Shown one piece after another: positions 10,430 through 19,056 of a stretch of DNA of 64,000 bases. Where the stretch lies: the IMG/VR virus record IMGVR_UViG_3300009008_000003; one strand, given 5' to 3'. Position numbers and translations under genes: made by a program. The notes under the pieces were generated by a model, which saw nothing but the letters and a program-made list of their open reading frames with translations, searched no databases and was not told where the DNA came from. Every line of letters begins with the position of its first letter. The stretch's first letter is position 1. Origin of the DNA: a virus.

Positions 10430-11453
10430 ACTTTTAATAAGTTTGCTCCTTATTTTCTTTATATCATGTTCTGCTTTTTCTCAAATAACATTCGAAGATC
10501 ACATTCCACTAGCGCCCCCTTTACTTGAGACAAGCTGGCATCAGAAAGCGCCTTATAATCAGGCTTGTCCAGCAGACTCTAACGGTTATAGTGGTCATGT
10601 GCCTACGGGTTGCGTACCACTGGCAATAGCGCAGGTAATGAACTATTATAAACTGCCGTTGATGGGTTATGGTACAGCCACTACTAACACCGTATACGGC
10701 GAACTAACTGCTGAAATAGGGCGTACTCCTATAAGATGGAACGACACAAAGGGTATAGCAACTTTACTCTACCATGTAGGTATAAGTTATGGGGCTAACT
10801 ACGGGCACGAGGGAATGGCCGGACATCCCAATCCACGTGTTACTTCGACTAACATAGGATCCGTGCCTACGAATTGTTACACATACTGGAATTACCAGTA
10901 TAATGTTAAGAACATTAACGAGGGGGCATATGATGATAGCACATGGCACGCTATGCTGCAAGAAGAACTCCTTAAAAAGAGGCCAGTTGTATATGGTGGC
11001 GGTGGTCACTCCTTTATTATAGATGGGTACGATCGCTCCTGGGATGGCACTCCTAAGTACCATGTAGTATGGGGAGCGGGGGGGTCGTGGGATGGTTGGT
11101 ATACTCTAGACGACTTGACTCCCGGCCCGTTTGATTTTACCAATAATCAACATATGTTGCAAAACTTTTACCCCAGAGAAAAGTGTCTGCTATACCCGCA
11201 TGATAATATTATAAATGTACCAGATAAAAATACCTTATTTATATGGAGAGATATAGGCGACCGATATACCTTACTGGTAAATGATTACCCAAGTTTTAGG
11301 ATGCCTATTCTTAGAGTACAAGATTTAACTACACCCGTATACTTTACCAATTATCTAGAGCCAAATACCATTTACTATTGGAAAGTATATATTTACGGCG
11401 GGGATAATGAAGGCTGGTCAAGAATGCATACCTTTAAAACGGTGGAGCAATGA
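10416..11453 (+). CDS. Secreted C10-family (streptopain/SpeB-like) cysteine peptidase
   Basis: N-terminal signal peptide; WHQKAPYNQACP, catalytic TGCVPLAIAQVMNYY, GGHSFIIDGYD, HVVWGAGGSWDGWY; C-terminal beta-sandwich. Confidence 0.85.
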   Translation: MYRNKLLISLLLIFFISCSAFSQITFEDHIPLAPPLLETSWHQKAPYNQACPADSNGYSGHVPTGCVPLAIAQVMNYYKLPLMGYGTATTNTVYGELTAEIGRTPIRWNDTKGIATLLYHVGISYGANYGHEGMAGHPNPRVTSTNIGSVPTNCYTYWNYQYNVKNINEGAYDDSTWHAMLQEELLKKRPVVYGGGGHSFIIDGYDRSWDGTPKYHVVWGAGGSWDGWYTLDDLTPGPFDFTNNQHMLQNFYPREKCLLYPHDNIINVPDKNTLFIWRDIGDRYTLLVNDYPSFRMPILRVQDLTTPVYFTNYLEPNTIYYWKVYIYGGDNEGWSRMHTFKTVEQ

Positions 11454-11638
11454 TTGGCGATAATGTTGAAAAGAGGGTTGCATTCTTTAATCTGTCTAAA
11501 CCAGAAGATAAAAAAGAATACGAAGAGATACTCAATGACCCCGAATGCGAGGTGGAGAAAGAACAGTTTAAATATTCTACCCCGTCTACTAAACAAGCTG
11601 AACCTTTGGTCACTGTTTGGTATAGAAAAAATAAATAA
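11450..11638 (+). CDS. Hypothetical protein
   Basis: 62-aa ORF with ATGA overlap, followed by a terminator. Confidence 0.55.
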   Translation: MIGDNVEKRVAFFNLSKPEDKKEYEEILNDPECEVEKEQFKYSTPSTKQAEPLVTVWYRKNK

Positions 11639-11641
11639 AAG

Positions 11642-11664
11642 AAGGAGCCACATGGCTCCTTTTT
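11642..11664 (+). terminator. Intrinsic terminator
   Basis: aaggagcc-acat-ggctcctt followed by tttc, directly after the 11638 stop. Confidence 0.7.
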
Positions 11665-11706
11665 CAATACGCGGAATTCCATTTATCTTATACCCTATTA
11701 TAGCGT

Positions 11707-11735
11707 AAAAAAAGAGGGTACACGCGTACCCTCTT
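11707..11735 (-). terminator. Intrinsic terminator of the - strand operon
   Basis: 10-bp stem aagagggtac/gtaccctctt with a U-tract on the - strand. Confidence 0.7.
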
Positions 11736-11875
11736 AAATCTTTTTATTATAAAATTCTATCTCAGGACTTCAGTGCAAATGCTGTGGAAACCCTTTTCTT
11801 TCGTCTTAACGACTCTTTTTCTAAATATTATCTTTATAATTTATATTTTGAGATATCATTATATAACGTAACTTA

Positions 11876-12238
11876 TCAATCAATCAAATCTATGAAAATT
11901 ACAACTTCTATAAATCTTTCACCTTCTATGTAATTAAGTTCATAACAAGAATTTTTTGGTATTAAAGAATTTTTTGGTATTAAACCTGTTTCTATAAGCT
12001 CTTCGTACCATTTTATTATAGAATCTTCTGGCATTCCTTTATCTACTTCTACTAAGCCTGCTTTAGCTTTCACCCTAAGGCCTGTTTCGTCATCAATAAA
12101 TATACATGCCTTCACTTTACCGATAGCGGGTATAAGTGATAGGTAGCTAGGAGGTATTACGTAATCTGTGCCCTTGTGATTTTTTAGATGGGTGGACAGC
12201 ACATCATACATTTTTCTTAAGTCTGCAAATTGGTCCAT
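11876..12238 (-). CDS. Hypothetical protein
   Basis: 120-aa ORF coupled to the GT4 gene; contains an 18-bp tandem duplication (11947-11982, LIPKNS x2). Confidence 0.55.
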   Translation of the reverse strand: MDQFADLRKMYDVLSTHLKNHKGTDYVIPPSYLSLIPAIGKVKACIFIDDETGLRVKAKAGLVEVDKGMPEDSIIKWYEELIETGLIPKNSLIPKNSCYELNYIEGERFIEVVIFIDLID

Positions 12239-13608
12239 TATACATATTTCCTAATTATGGTTAATAACTTATCTCTCTTGTCTTGCCAGTCAAAATCTTT
12301 TTTCATCCTGTCAAGCGCTGGTTGATTTCTAATTTTCTTTCTACCATTAGCCACCCAAGCTTCATAGTGCTCTGTTAAAGTATCTATTAACTTAGGCATG
12401 CTTACCACAGGTCTCATATGGCCATTATCCATTGCCATTGAGAAAATGCCTGCATTATCTACAAAAGATCCTGGAGGACCCAAGATCTCTCTCATAACGG
12501 AATTTTTAGGAGCTATTGTGGTTGTAGCTGTAGCCGAAGCTTCACCTAAAGAAAATCCAAACCCTTCACCTATTGCCGTTGTAAGATTGATGTCAGCCAT
12601 ATTATAAAGCTCATTTAGCTCTTGTTCGCTAAGCGGTTTAGAGTACGGTGATTCTTTTCTTAACAATAGGTTAACCCCTACTTCTGGTTGTAACCACCCG
12701 GCATTAGAAGCCGATGCAGTTAAAAGACATCCTGGTGGAGGACCCATCATCATTTCATGGTTAGCTGCATGTATGTAAATACCTATGTCAAAAGTTCCTG
12801 GTACTACATCAGCTATATCTTCTGGACCACACCCGTTCAGGGAGCACTTATGTTCATTTATTGGGTAGTAGAACCCACAATTACATTTATTATACCCATA
12901 AAACAGCATTGAGGTAGCAGTCAACGTTAATAGCATTTGTTTTCTTGGTTGGAATCTATTGTTGTTTATAATCATAAACTTATCATCCCAGCCATGTTTT
13001 TTGCGTAATTCTTCTACAGTGTTTTCTGGTAGCGGGTGGAAAGCTTTAAAATCTATACCGTGAGCCAACGTATGAATTTCTTTTTGGCCCGATACAGGAA
13101 TAGCTGCTCTTATTTCATCTGCTGCCCAATCTGTATATGTAATTACTTCTTGTACCATATCAAAAATCTGTTCAGATTCTTTTACTTTGCCCTTTTGAAA
13201 AAGAGTGTTCCATGCCTTATTATAAGGATGTCCATCTACAGGAAAATAAGTGATTACTGGTACATTGATATCGTTCTGCCGTACTACTTTTATAGCATTC
13301 TCTATATTAAAAATATCTTGGAATAAGATAATCAGATCTGCTTTAAAGTCTTTCATAATGTGAGGCAGTTTTTTGTACCCGAAAGGATCACCTTGGTCAA
13401 TGCCGTAGATAAACCATTTAGTAGTATCGTATCTTTTTAGACCATGTTCGTTTATTCCCAGAAATCCTACTTCATATTTTTTGTGTAGTTCTGAAAATAG
13501 GTTCTTAGATACAATACCAAAGCCGGTGGGTACATTAGGAGAGTCTCCCCAAATTAATACTCGTTTCTTAGTTTTCTGTACTGCTTTCGGTGTTTTAGTT
13601 TTTGCCAT
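12238..13608 (-). CDS. GT4-family (GT-B) glycosyltransferase
   Basis: N-terminal WGDSPNVPTGFGIVSKN, NNNRFQPRK, and C-terminal LYNMADINLTTAIGEGFGFSLGEA; Cys-rich insert CNCG...C...C. Confidence 0.8.
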   Translation of the reverse strand: MAKTKTPKAVQKTKKRVLIWGDSPNVPTGFGIVSKNLFSELHKKYEVGFLGINEHGLKRYDTTKWFIYGIDQGDPFGYKKLPHIMKDFKADLIILFQDIFNIENAIKVVRQNDINVPVITYFPVDGHPYNKAWNTLFQKGKVKESEQIFDMVQEVITYTDWAADEIRAAIPVSGQKEIHTLAHGIDFKAFHPLPENTVEELRKKHGWDDKFMIINNNRFQPRKQMLLTLTATSMLFYGYNKCNCGFYYPINEHKCSLNGCGPEDIADVVPGTFDIGIYIHAANHEMMMGPPPGCLLTASASNAGWLQPEVGVNLLLRKESPYSKPLSEQELNELYNMADINLTTAIGEGFGFSLGEASATATTTIAPKNSVMREILGPPGSFVDNAGIFSMAMDNGHMRPVVSMPKLIDTLTEHYEAWVANGRKKIRNQPALDRMKKDFDWQDKRDKLLTIIRKYV

Positions 13609-13801
13609 CTTCTTCCTTTATATTAAAATATTCATTTATTAATTTTAAATATTCTTTGCTAGTTATTCTCTGTCCTATATTGATTAGTTCATCTGGCAGA
13701 TCTAGCATATCATCTCCACTATTAATTGTATAATTAATTAGCTGATTTGTCAATAAGAGCACGCCGTCTATTGAGTCTAAGATGGCGGATAATTTTGCCA
13801 T
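13595..13801 (-). CDS. Small protein immediately downstream of the retron RT
   Basis: 68-aa ORF starting 8 nt after the RT stop and overlapping the GT4 start. Confidence 0.55.
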   Translation of the reverse strand: MAKLSAILDSIDGVLLLTNQLINYTINSGDDMLDLPDELINIGQRITSKEYLKLINEYFNIKEEDGKN

Positions 13802-13808
13802 AGGCCTC

Positions 13809-14639
13809 TCATGTGTTAATTTGTATCCCTTCTAATTGCTTCTCTAACTTTTCGCCATGTAATGGATTAAGCTGTTTAATCCAGGCTACTTTTCCACTTA
13901 ACACTTGATGTTCTTTTTTACTGATTGTCTTACCTTCTAGATTATGTAGCTGCGCTCTTAAATTTCGTCTTTTTGTACGTGATATGTTGGGCTTTTCATT
14001 TACTACTACGCCCGTGACAGACATTCTTTTATGTTGCCTTTGTACCTTAATTTTCTTTTGGTTTAACTTAAAGCCGTTTAGTTCTAATAGTTTCTTAATA
14101 ACTGGGATGATCTTAGGAAGATCCATATTAGTTTTTGACGAGCATACTATATCATCTGCGTATCTCGTTATAACACAATCAAAATCGTGCTGTAGTTCTT
14201 GTAATTTTTTATCCACTCCTAACAGGATTAGATTCCCGATGGCGGGGGAAGTACATGCTCCTTGTGGACAATGCCCTTTGTATGTTACCATTTTTACTAG
14301 ATCATCTATATCGTTCTTCGTACTAACCTTCTTGAGTGATAATAGGTATTCAAAAAGTCTTTTTACTTTAGCCTCCGTCAAAGAAGGAAAGAAATCTTTA
14401 ATATCTAATTTTACTAATATTTTTGCGCCCACGTGATACTTCGCGTTGGATAGCGGACTTCTATTTTTAATGAAACCGTGCGCTATGGGGTGGGCTGAAA
14501 ATTTGTATAGGAAATTATATAATATATCATATTGCATTTTTGCTGTTTCTTCATCCGGGGCATTAATCTCTCTATGCCCTCCTCTTCGTTTTGGAATCCG
14601 AAACGTTTTATAATTTATAGCGGACAAATCAATCTTCAT
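13809..14639 (-). CDS. ret: Retron-type reverse transcriptase
   Basis: YKTFRIPKRRGGHREINAP, HGF, retron region X NAKYH, LDIKDFFPS, PQGACTSP, catalytic YADD, region Y SVTGVVVN; 276 aa, no maturase or effector fusion. Confidence 0.9.
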   Translation of the reverse strand: MKIDLSAINYKTFRIPKRRGGHREINAPDEETAKMQYDILYNFLYKFSAHPIAHGFIKNRSPLSNAKYHVGAKILVKLDIKDFFPSLTEAKVKRLFEYLLSLKKVSTKNDIDDLVKMVTYKGHCPQGACTSPAIGNLILLGVDKKLQELQHDFDCVITRYADDIVCSSKTNMDLPKIIPVIKKLLELNGFKLNQKKIKVQRQHKRMSVTGVVVNEKPNISRTKRRNLRAQLHNLEGKTISKKEHQVLSGKVAWIKQLNPLHGEKLEKQLEGIQINT

Positions 14640-14781
14640 ATTACTCCTAGTTTTACTTGGGGCCGAGTCTTTTTGTTACGGCCCGCGAGCGTAAACGTGC
14701 CCAGTTGGTGGGCCCGTTTATCAGCTTGTTAACTTTTTAGCCACCCCCTAAGGTAGGCGGCTAACTATTAATTTACTTATT

Positions 14782-15112
14782 AAGACGTTACGTCTCATCT
14801 ACTTTGAATTCTAAAACTATCCTTTATACTTGTTGTAAGCACTATATACGTTCATCTACTGATCGCGGAATTGAATCCATACGGAGCGAAGCACTCCATT
14901 GATTCGCTATAAAGGAGGAGTTGCACTAAATATTTTACTTGTAATTCTTTAGGGAATTAGCACTTGGGGGCCAGGATCCCAGGTAGCTTTACTTGTGAAT
15001 GCTAAAAAGTTTAGGTGATAACGCTTTAGCATGAACTAGTTTGTTACCCGGGATCCTGGCTATCGTGCCTTCTTATGTCGTGGACTTTGTGCTAGAAAAG
15101 ACGTAACATCTT
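14782..15112 (-). ncRNA. Retron msr-msd ncRNA
   Basis: Terminal inverted arms 15099-15112 and 14782-14795 (13/14 Watson-Crick plus one G-U in the RNA), extendable to 15093/14801; unpaired G at 15092 in UAGC; internal hairpins 14970-15060 and about 14814-14922; located upstream of the retron RT. Confidence 0.8.
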
Positions 15113-15134
15113 TTATGGATGGATTCTAAAATAT

Positions 15135-16721
15135 TTAGTTAAGGGTTTGGAATATGTTTAGCATTACCTCTTTTTCAGTGCCCTTGTCGTTAATATCTGA
15201 TAGTTTTGTTACCATCCTAGATATTTGATTAAGCGTCTGTGAGGAATAATACCCAGAGTCCATTAGTATTGCTAATACTTGAACTTTTTTCTCTTTGCAC
15301 CATTTATTGAATTTGTCTACAAAATCATTGGTCAGCGGGGCTTCGCCGTCTGTGATAAATACAATATCAGCTTTTGAGAATTCTGGCTTGTTATCTATAT
15401 ATTCCATTGCTAACTTTAAAGGTGGTTCGAAATTTGTGCCACCATTTATAAACTTTTCTGCCATTGCAATTGTTTTCTCGATATCTGGCGGCGAGTTTTT
15501 TGGAAAATCATGCACCGGCAACTGGCGCGGGCTGTATTCGCCTGAGTAGTGGATCACAAGGAAGTCTCTGTTTTCTCGTTGAGCCGTATCCAACAATGCT
15601 AATGCTACTGCTTTTGCCCAGTATTCTAACTGCCCACCCATGCTGCCAGATTCATCAATGCAGCATATGATTGGGCCTTTTGATTTTTTAGCATGTCCGG
15701 ATAAGGCATATTGTAATAATTTTCCATCTACTAAATCTGCCTTAAACATTAGTCTACGCAACTTATTACTGCTAGAGAGATTACTTAACTCGGAAGGAAC
15801 TATTCTAGATAAATCGCTGCCGCGTTCTACGGAATATACTTCTTCGCTTCCTCGTTTGATTTTTTCTTTTCCTATCTTAGTCGCGATCATTTTTAAACGA
15901 CCGGCTATTTTAGCTATTTCTGTTAACTTGTAGCTATTCTTAATTTTGTTCAGCATATTCATTTGCTGTCTATAATTTAAGGACTGGCCACCATCTCCGC
16001 CACCCAATCCCCACTGGGACAACGTATCCTTGGTATCAGCGGTTATACGAACGGTTTCGTTCATGATTTTATTCATAGCTGGGGTAAGTTTTTTCTTATC
16101 CCAATTTTTTAGGTCTTTGTAGGCATCTTCTAGCTGTTTTCTGGCTTCGTCCATTTTTATCTTGGCGTTAGCTTTTGCAGTGTCGTTGCCTTCTTCTCCT
16201 TCTTCTGATTCATCTTCAGCTTCCGCTGCAGCCTGTGCTTCTTCTTCCGCTTCTTTCATGTCTTTGGCGGCTTGCTCCGCAGCCTCGTTAAACGCTTTCT
16301 GTTGCTCTTTTAGCCCTTTTGCTAGTTCGAGAGCTTTTTCACCAAAAGTTTCTGTTGCCACTGCCGTAGCCAAAGGGTCCATTCTTGTTATTGCTCTCAG
16401 CTCTTTGTATTTAGCTGACTCAGTTATGTGTTCCATAACCATTCTGTTAAGCAAGTACTCATGATCCATTTCGTACTCTGGTCTCAGCTTTGCGTGGTAT
16501 CTATACAATGAAGAATATACGTCTTGATATAGCGGTGTGAAGTTTTCATATTCTTGCTGCCCGCGTACTTGTAATTCGTTTATTTTAGGAGCATCCGCCT
16601 TTAATTGCTCGAAGTTAGATATATCGAATGCGTCGTTGTAGATAGTATGCTTATAATTAAAAAGGGGATCGGTAAATGATCCCCTTTTCTTCGATAATAT
16701 ACTATTGTCTACTTTTTTCAT
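15135..16721 (-). CDS. VWA-domain protein (ViaA/CoxE-like partner of MoxR ATPase)
   Basis: MIDAS DESGSMG, GGTNF, FITDGE; acidic coiled linker; immediately downstream of the AAA gene. Confidence 0.85.
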   Translation of the reverse strand: MKKVDNSILSKKRGSFTDPLFNYKHTIYNDAFDISNFEQLKADAPKINELQVRGQQEYENFTPLYQDVYSSLYRYHAKLRPEYEMDHEYLLNRMVMEHITESAKYKELRAITRMDPLATAVATETFGEKALELAKGLKEQQKAFNEAAEQAAKDMKEAEEEAQAAAEAEDESEEGEEGNDTAKANAKIKMDEARKQLEDAYKDLKNWDKKKLTPAMNKIMNETVRITADTKDTLSQWGLGGGDGGQSLNYRQQMNMLNKIKNSYKLTEIAKIAGRLKMIATKIGKEKIKRGSEEVYSVERGSDLSRIVPSELSNLSSSNKLRRLMFKADLVDGKLLQYALSGHAKKSKGPIICCIDESGSMGGQLEYWAKAVALALLDTAQRENRDFLVIHYSGEYSPRQLPVHDFPKNSPPDIEKTIAMAEKFINGGTNFEPPLKLAMEYIDNKPEFSKADIVFITDGEAPLTNDFVDKFNKWCKEKKVQVLAILMDSGYYSSQTLNQISRMVTKLSDINDKGTEKEVMLNIFQTLN

Positions 16722-17896
16722 AAATTAAGATCTCCGCTTTCGGTAGTAGTGGATACAGACATTCCTGTAACTTCCTTAACTACTTCCTGATTCATGCGTT
16801 GCAGTTTCTTGCTATATATTTGCAATGAATCTAGATTTTTTCCGCGTTCCCTAAGCTGCTTGAAAGATCCTTCTATCTTTTTGATTGCTGCGCCTATCTT
16901 ATCCATAGTGTCGAGACCAAGAGTACTCTTATCCGACTGCTTCTTGCTTGACTCTTTGAATTTTTTATAAACGTCTACAGCCTTTTCGTAAGTGTCTATG
17001 ATTCTAGCTTTTTCAGGAAGAGTGACTGTAAGAACGGCTATATGCACGATTCTTTCATCTTCAGGTTTGGACCATAGTACATTCTTTAAGATTTCGAAAT
17101 CTTCTTCTGATACGTGATTTCTTCCTCGCAGAAAGGCTTCTGTTTTCATTATATGAACGGCCTTCACCCAGGTTCTGTCGGTTACCACGATTGTCTTTTG
17201 TTCTAGACTTCTTTTGATGTCTATCATAAAGTTAACTATGTTTTCATCGTAAGTAACTTCCTGAATTTGCTTCATACCTTTTTGTATCTCTGCTTGAGTA
17301 ATAGTATGAGGAATTTTTAACGAGTAATCGTTTCCTAAAGCTTTTTTAAATTCTGCGGAATCGTTAATATATCCAATTCTGTATTTAAATTGGAATCTAT
17401 CGTACATGGCATCCAGCCCATCGTCCTCTGCCGGTATCTCGTTTGACGCACCAATCATTAACTTTAGTGGTATGTTTGGGTTAGCATCCCTGCCATTAGG
17501 AAATAGGCGTTCATTCATAATAGTTAGCAGCGAGTTTAGAATACCGCTGTTAGCCTTAAATACTTCATCTATGAACGCGAAATCTGATTCTGGTAATTTA
17601 CCCAAAGTAACGCGTCTATAGTCATCTTCCTCCAAGCCCTTGGCTGAAATCGGCCCAAATAGTTCGTCTGGCGTAGAAAATTTTGTTACCAGCCACTCAA
17701 AATAAGTACCACCAAATGCTTTTGCCCAGCCACGAATCAACGCGCTTTTTGCTGTCCCTGGAGGACCTAACAATAATATATTGCTGTTGGAATACAATGC
17801 TAAAGGCATTCCATGAATTGCATCTTCTCTTTCTACGTATAAGGAGTTAAGAAATTGTTCGTTTTCTTTTATTTTTTGTTGTACTGTGATTGCCAT
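16718..17896 (-). CDS. MoxR/RavA-like AAA+ ATPase
   Basis: Walker A GPPGTAKS, FEWLVTKFSTPDELFGP, Walker B FIDEVFKANS, GASNEIP, DRF. Confidence 0.9.
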   Translation of the reverse strand: MAITVQQKIKENEQFLNSLYVEREDAIHGMPLALYSNSNILLLGPPGTAKSALIRGWAKAFGGTYFEWLVTKFSTPDELFGPISAKGLEEDDYRRVTLGKLPESDFAFIDEVFKANSGILNSLLTIMNERLFPNGRDANPNIPLKLMIGASNEIPAEDDGLDAMYDRFQFKYRIGYINDSAEFKKALGNDYSLKIPHTITQAEIQKGMKQIQEVTYDENIVNFMIDIKRSLEQKTIVVTDRTWVKAVHIMKTEAFLRGRNHVSEEDFEILKNVLWSKPEDERIVHIAVLTVTLPEKARIIDTYEKAVDVYKKFKESSKKQSDKSTLGLDTMDKIGAAIKKIEGSFKQLRERGKNLDSLQIYSKKLQRMNQEVVKEVTGMSVSTTTESGDLNL

Positions 17897-17899
17897 TTT

Positions 17900-18472
17900 C
17901 TAGTATTCTCCGTGTGGTGGTCCAAATTGTGATTTGTTAGATCTTCCGAAAAGAACTTCTTCCATAGGCTTAGCTGCGGCAGACCCAAATGTTATAAGCC
18001 TAATTAGCATGGCTACCCACTCTGTCAGGGTTTCTTGTACTATTTCCACTGCTTCTGGATCTACGACTGCTGGAATTGTAAATGATAGTTGTGCTTGATT
18101 TGGGCCATTATTTTTAGAAGTTATTTTTGTAAACTTAGGCGGTACGCCAGGATCAAACCCAAACTTCTTTAACATCTCTTCTCGTTCTTCGTTGGTGAAA
18201 GATAGTTTATGAGTAGGCACAAATTCTGAATTTGTAGTTTCACTACTAGCCAGTAGTTTCTTAGTTTTCTCTTGCGCAACTACTTTACTTTGTTTATATG
18301 ATTCTAATTCTTCCATAGTGCGGCCTAAAGCCTCCGGCGGTGGTATTGACACACGCTGGCCCGTACGTTCTTGCACTGTGGTTGCGTTATCATAAAGACA
18401 AAAATAGCAAAAACCTTTACCTAGCTGCATTTCCTCGTTTGTTAACGGGCGATTGCATACTTCACAGTTCAC
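17900..18472 (-). CDS. Hypothetical protein with N-terminal Zn finger
   Basis: CEVC...CYFC at the N-terminus; in operon. Confidence 0.55.
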   Translation of the reverse strand: MNCEVCNRPLTNEEMQLGKGFCYFCLYDNATTVQERTGQRVSIPPPEALGRTMEELESYKQSKVVAQEKTKKLLASSETTNSEFVPTHKLSFTNEEREEMLKKFGFDPGVPPKFTKITSKNNGPNQAQLSFTIPAVVDPEAVEIVQETLTEWVAMLIRLITFGSAAAKPMEEVLFGRSNKSQFGPPHGEY

Positions 18473-18762
18473 AGGTTACCCCCCTCAACATCTTTTAAGA
18501 ATTTTTTAAGATATTCTTCATTTTCTTTAATAAAAAGTTCAAAGCGTTTTTTTGCCTCCTTATCACCGCCCAACATTCCCACCGTAAGCCTAACTCCGGC
18601 TATAAATGGAACTAAAGTTTCGTCCTTTAATCCTTTTTTAGCTAAAAAAGCTTTCATGGCTGGAACATCATCAAACAATGATAATAGTTCTCGCTCTACA
18701 TTCATACATTCTCCATTATATTTGTTGTAGTTAAAGAAGAGACTTGTCGTCTCTTCATTCAT
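18469..18762 (-). CDS. Hypothetical protein
   Basis: 97-aa ORF with overlap coupling. Confidence 0.55.
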   Translation of the reverse strand: MNEETTSLFFNYNKYNGECMNVERELLSLFDDVPAMKAFLAKKGLKDETLVPFIAGVRLTVGMLGGDKEAKKRFELFIKENEEYLKKFLKDVEGGNL

Positions 18763-18768
18763 AGTTCG

Positions 18769-18978
18769 TCATTTCTTTGAGTTGCCCGACTTTGAAGATG
18801 AGCTTCTCTTTGCTCCAGACCTCTTGGGGGAACTTACGGCGGTAAATTGCTTCAAACCTGAATTAAGATTTGCGCCACCTGTACCCGATCTTCTGAGTTT
18901 TCTTCGTTGCATTACCATTAGCGCATGTCTACCTCCTGACTTGGTGTCTTTGATCATTGTGACCAAAGAGTTGACCAA
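18769..18978 (-). CDS. Small basic Ser/Lys-rich protein
   Basis: 69-aa ORF, first gene after the motif at 19023. Confidence 0.4.
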   Translation of the reverse strand: MVNSLVTMIKDTKSGGRHALMVMQRRKLRRSGTGGANLNSGLKQFTAVSSPKRSGAKRSSSSKSGNSKK

Positions 18979-19022
18979 TTATATATTTGTATTTATAATT
19001 AAATAGCTTACTACATATTTAT

Positions 19023-19030
19023 CTTATACC
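19023..19030 (-). promoter_or_regulatory. GGTATAAG promoter-like motif (extended -10-like)
   Basis: atGGTATAAGat on the - strand at the divergence point between the MoxR/retron operon and the RNAP gene; the same 8-mer recurs at 11 intergenic sites. Confidence 0.55.
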
Positions 19031-19056
19031 ATAAAATTACGAAAAGGTCAATAGCA

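Noticed and set aside
11947-11982. 18-bp tandem duplication (LIPKNS x2)
   Set aside because: A simple in-frame slippage duplication with no sign of a wider system.
13809-14639. RT as part of a diversity-generating retroelement or group II intron
   Set aside because: It has retron NAxxH/VTG motifs, no maturase/X domain or intron domain V, no Avd-like gene, and I found no TR/VR pair differing at adenines.
14819-14830. msd stem sequence atcctttatact resembling the promoter motif atcttatacc (possible promoter-decoy msDNA)
   Set aside because: The match is imperfect and short in AT-rich sequence, so it cannot be distinguished from chance.
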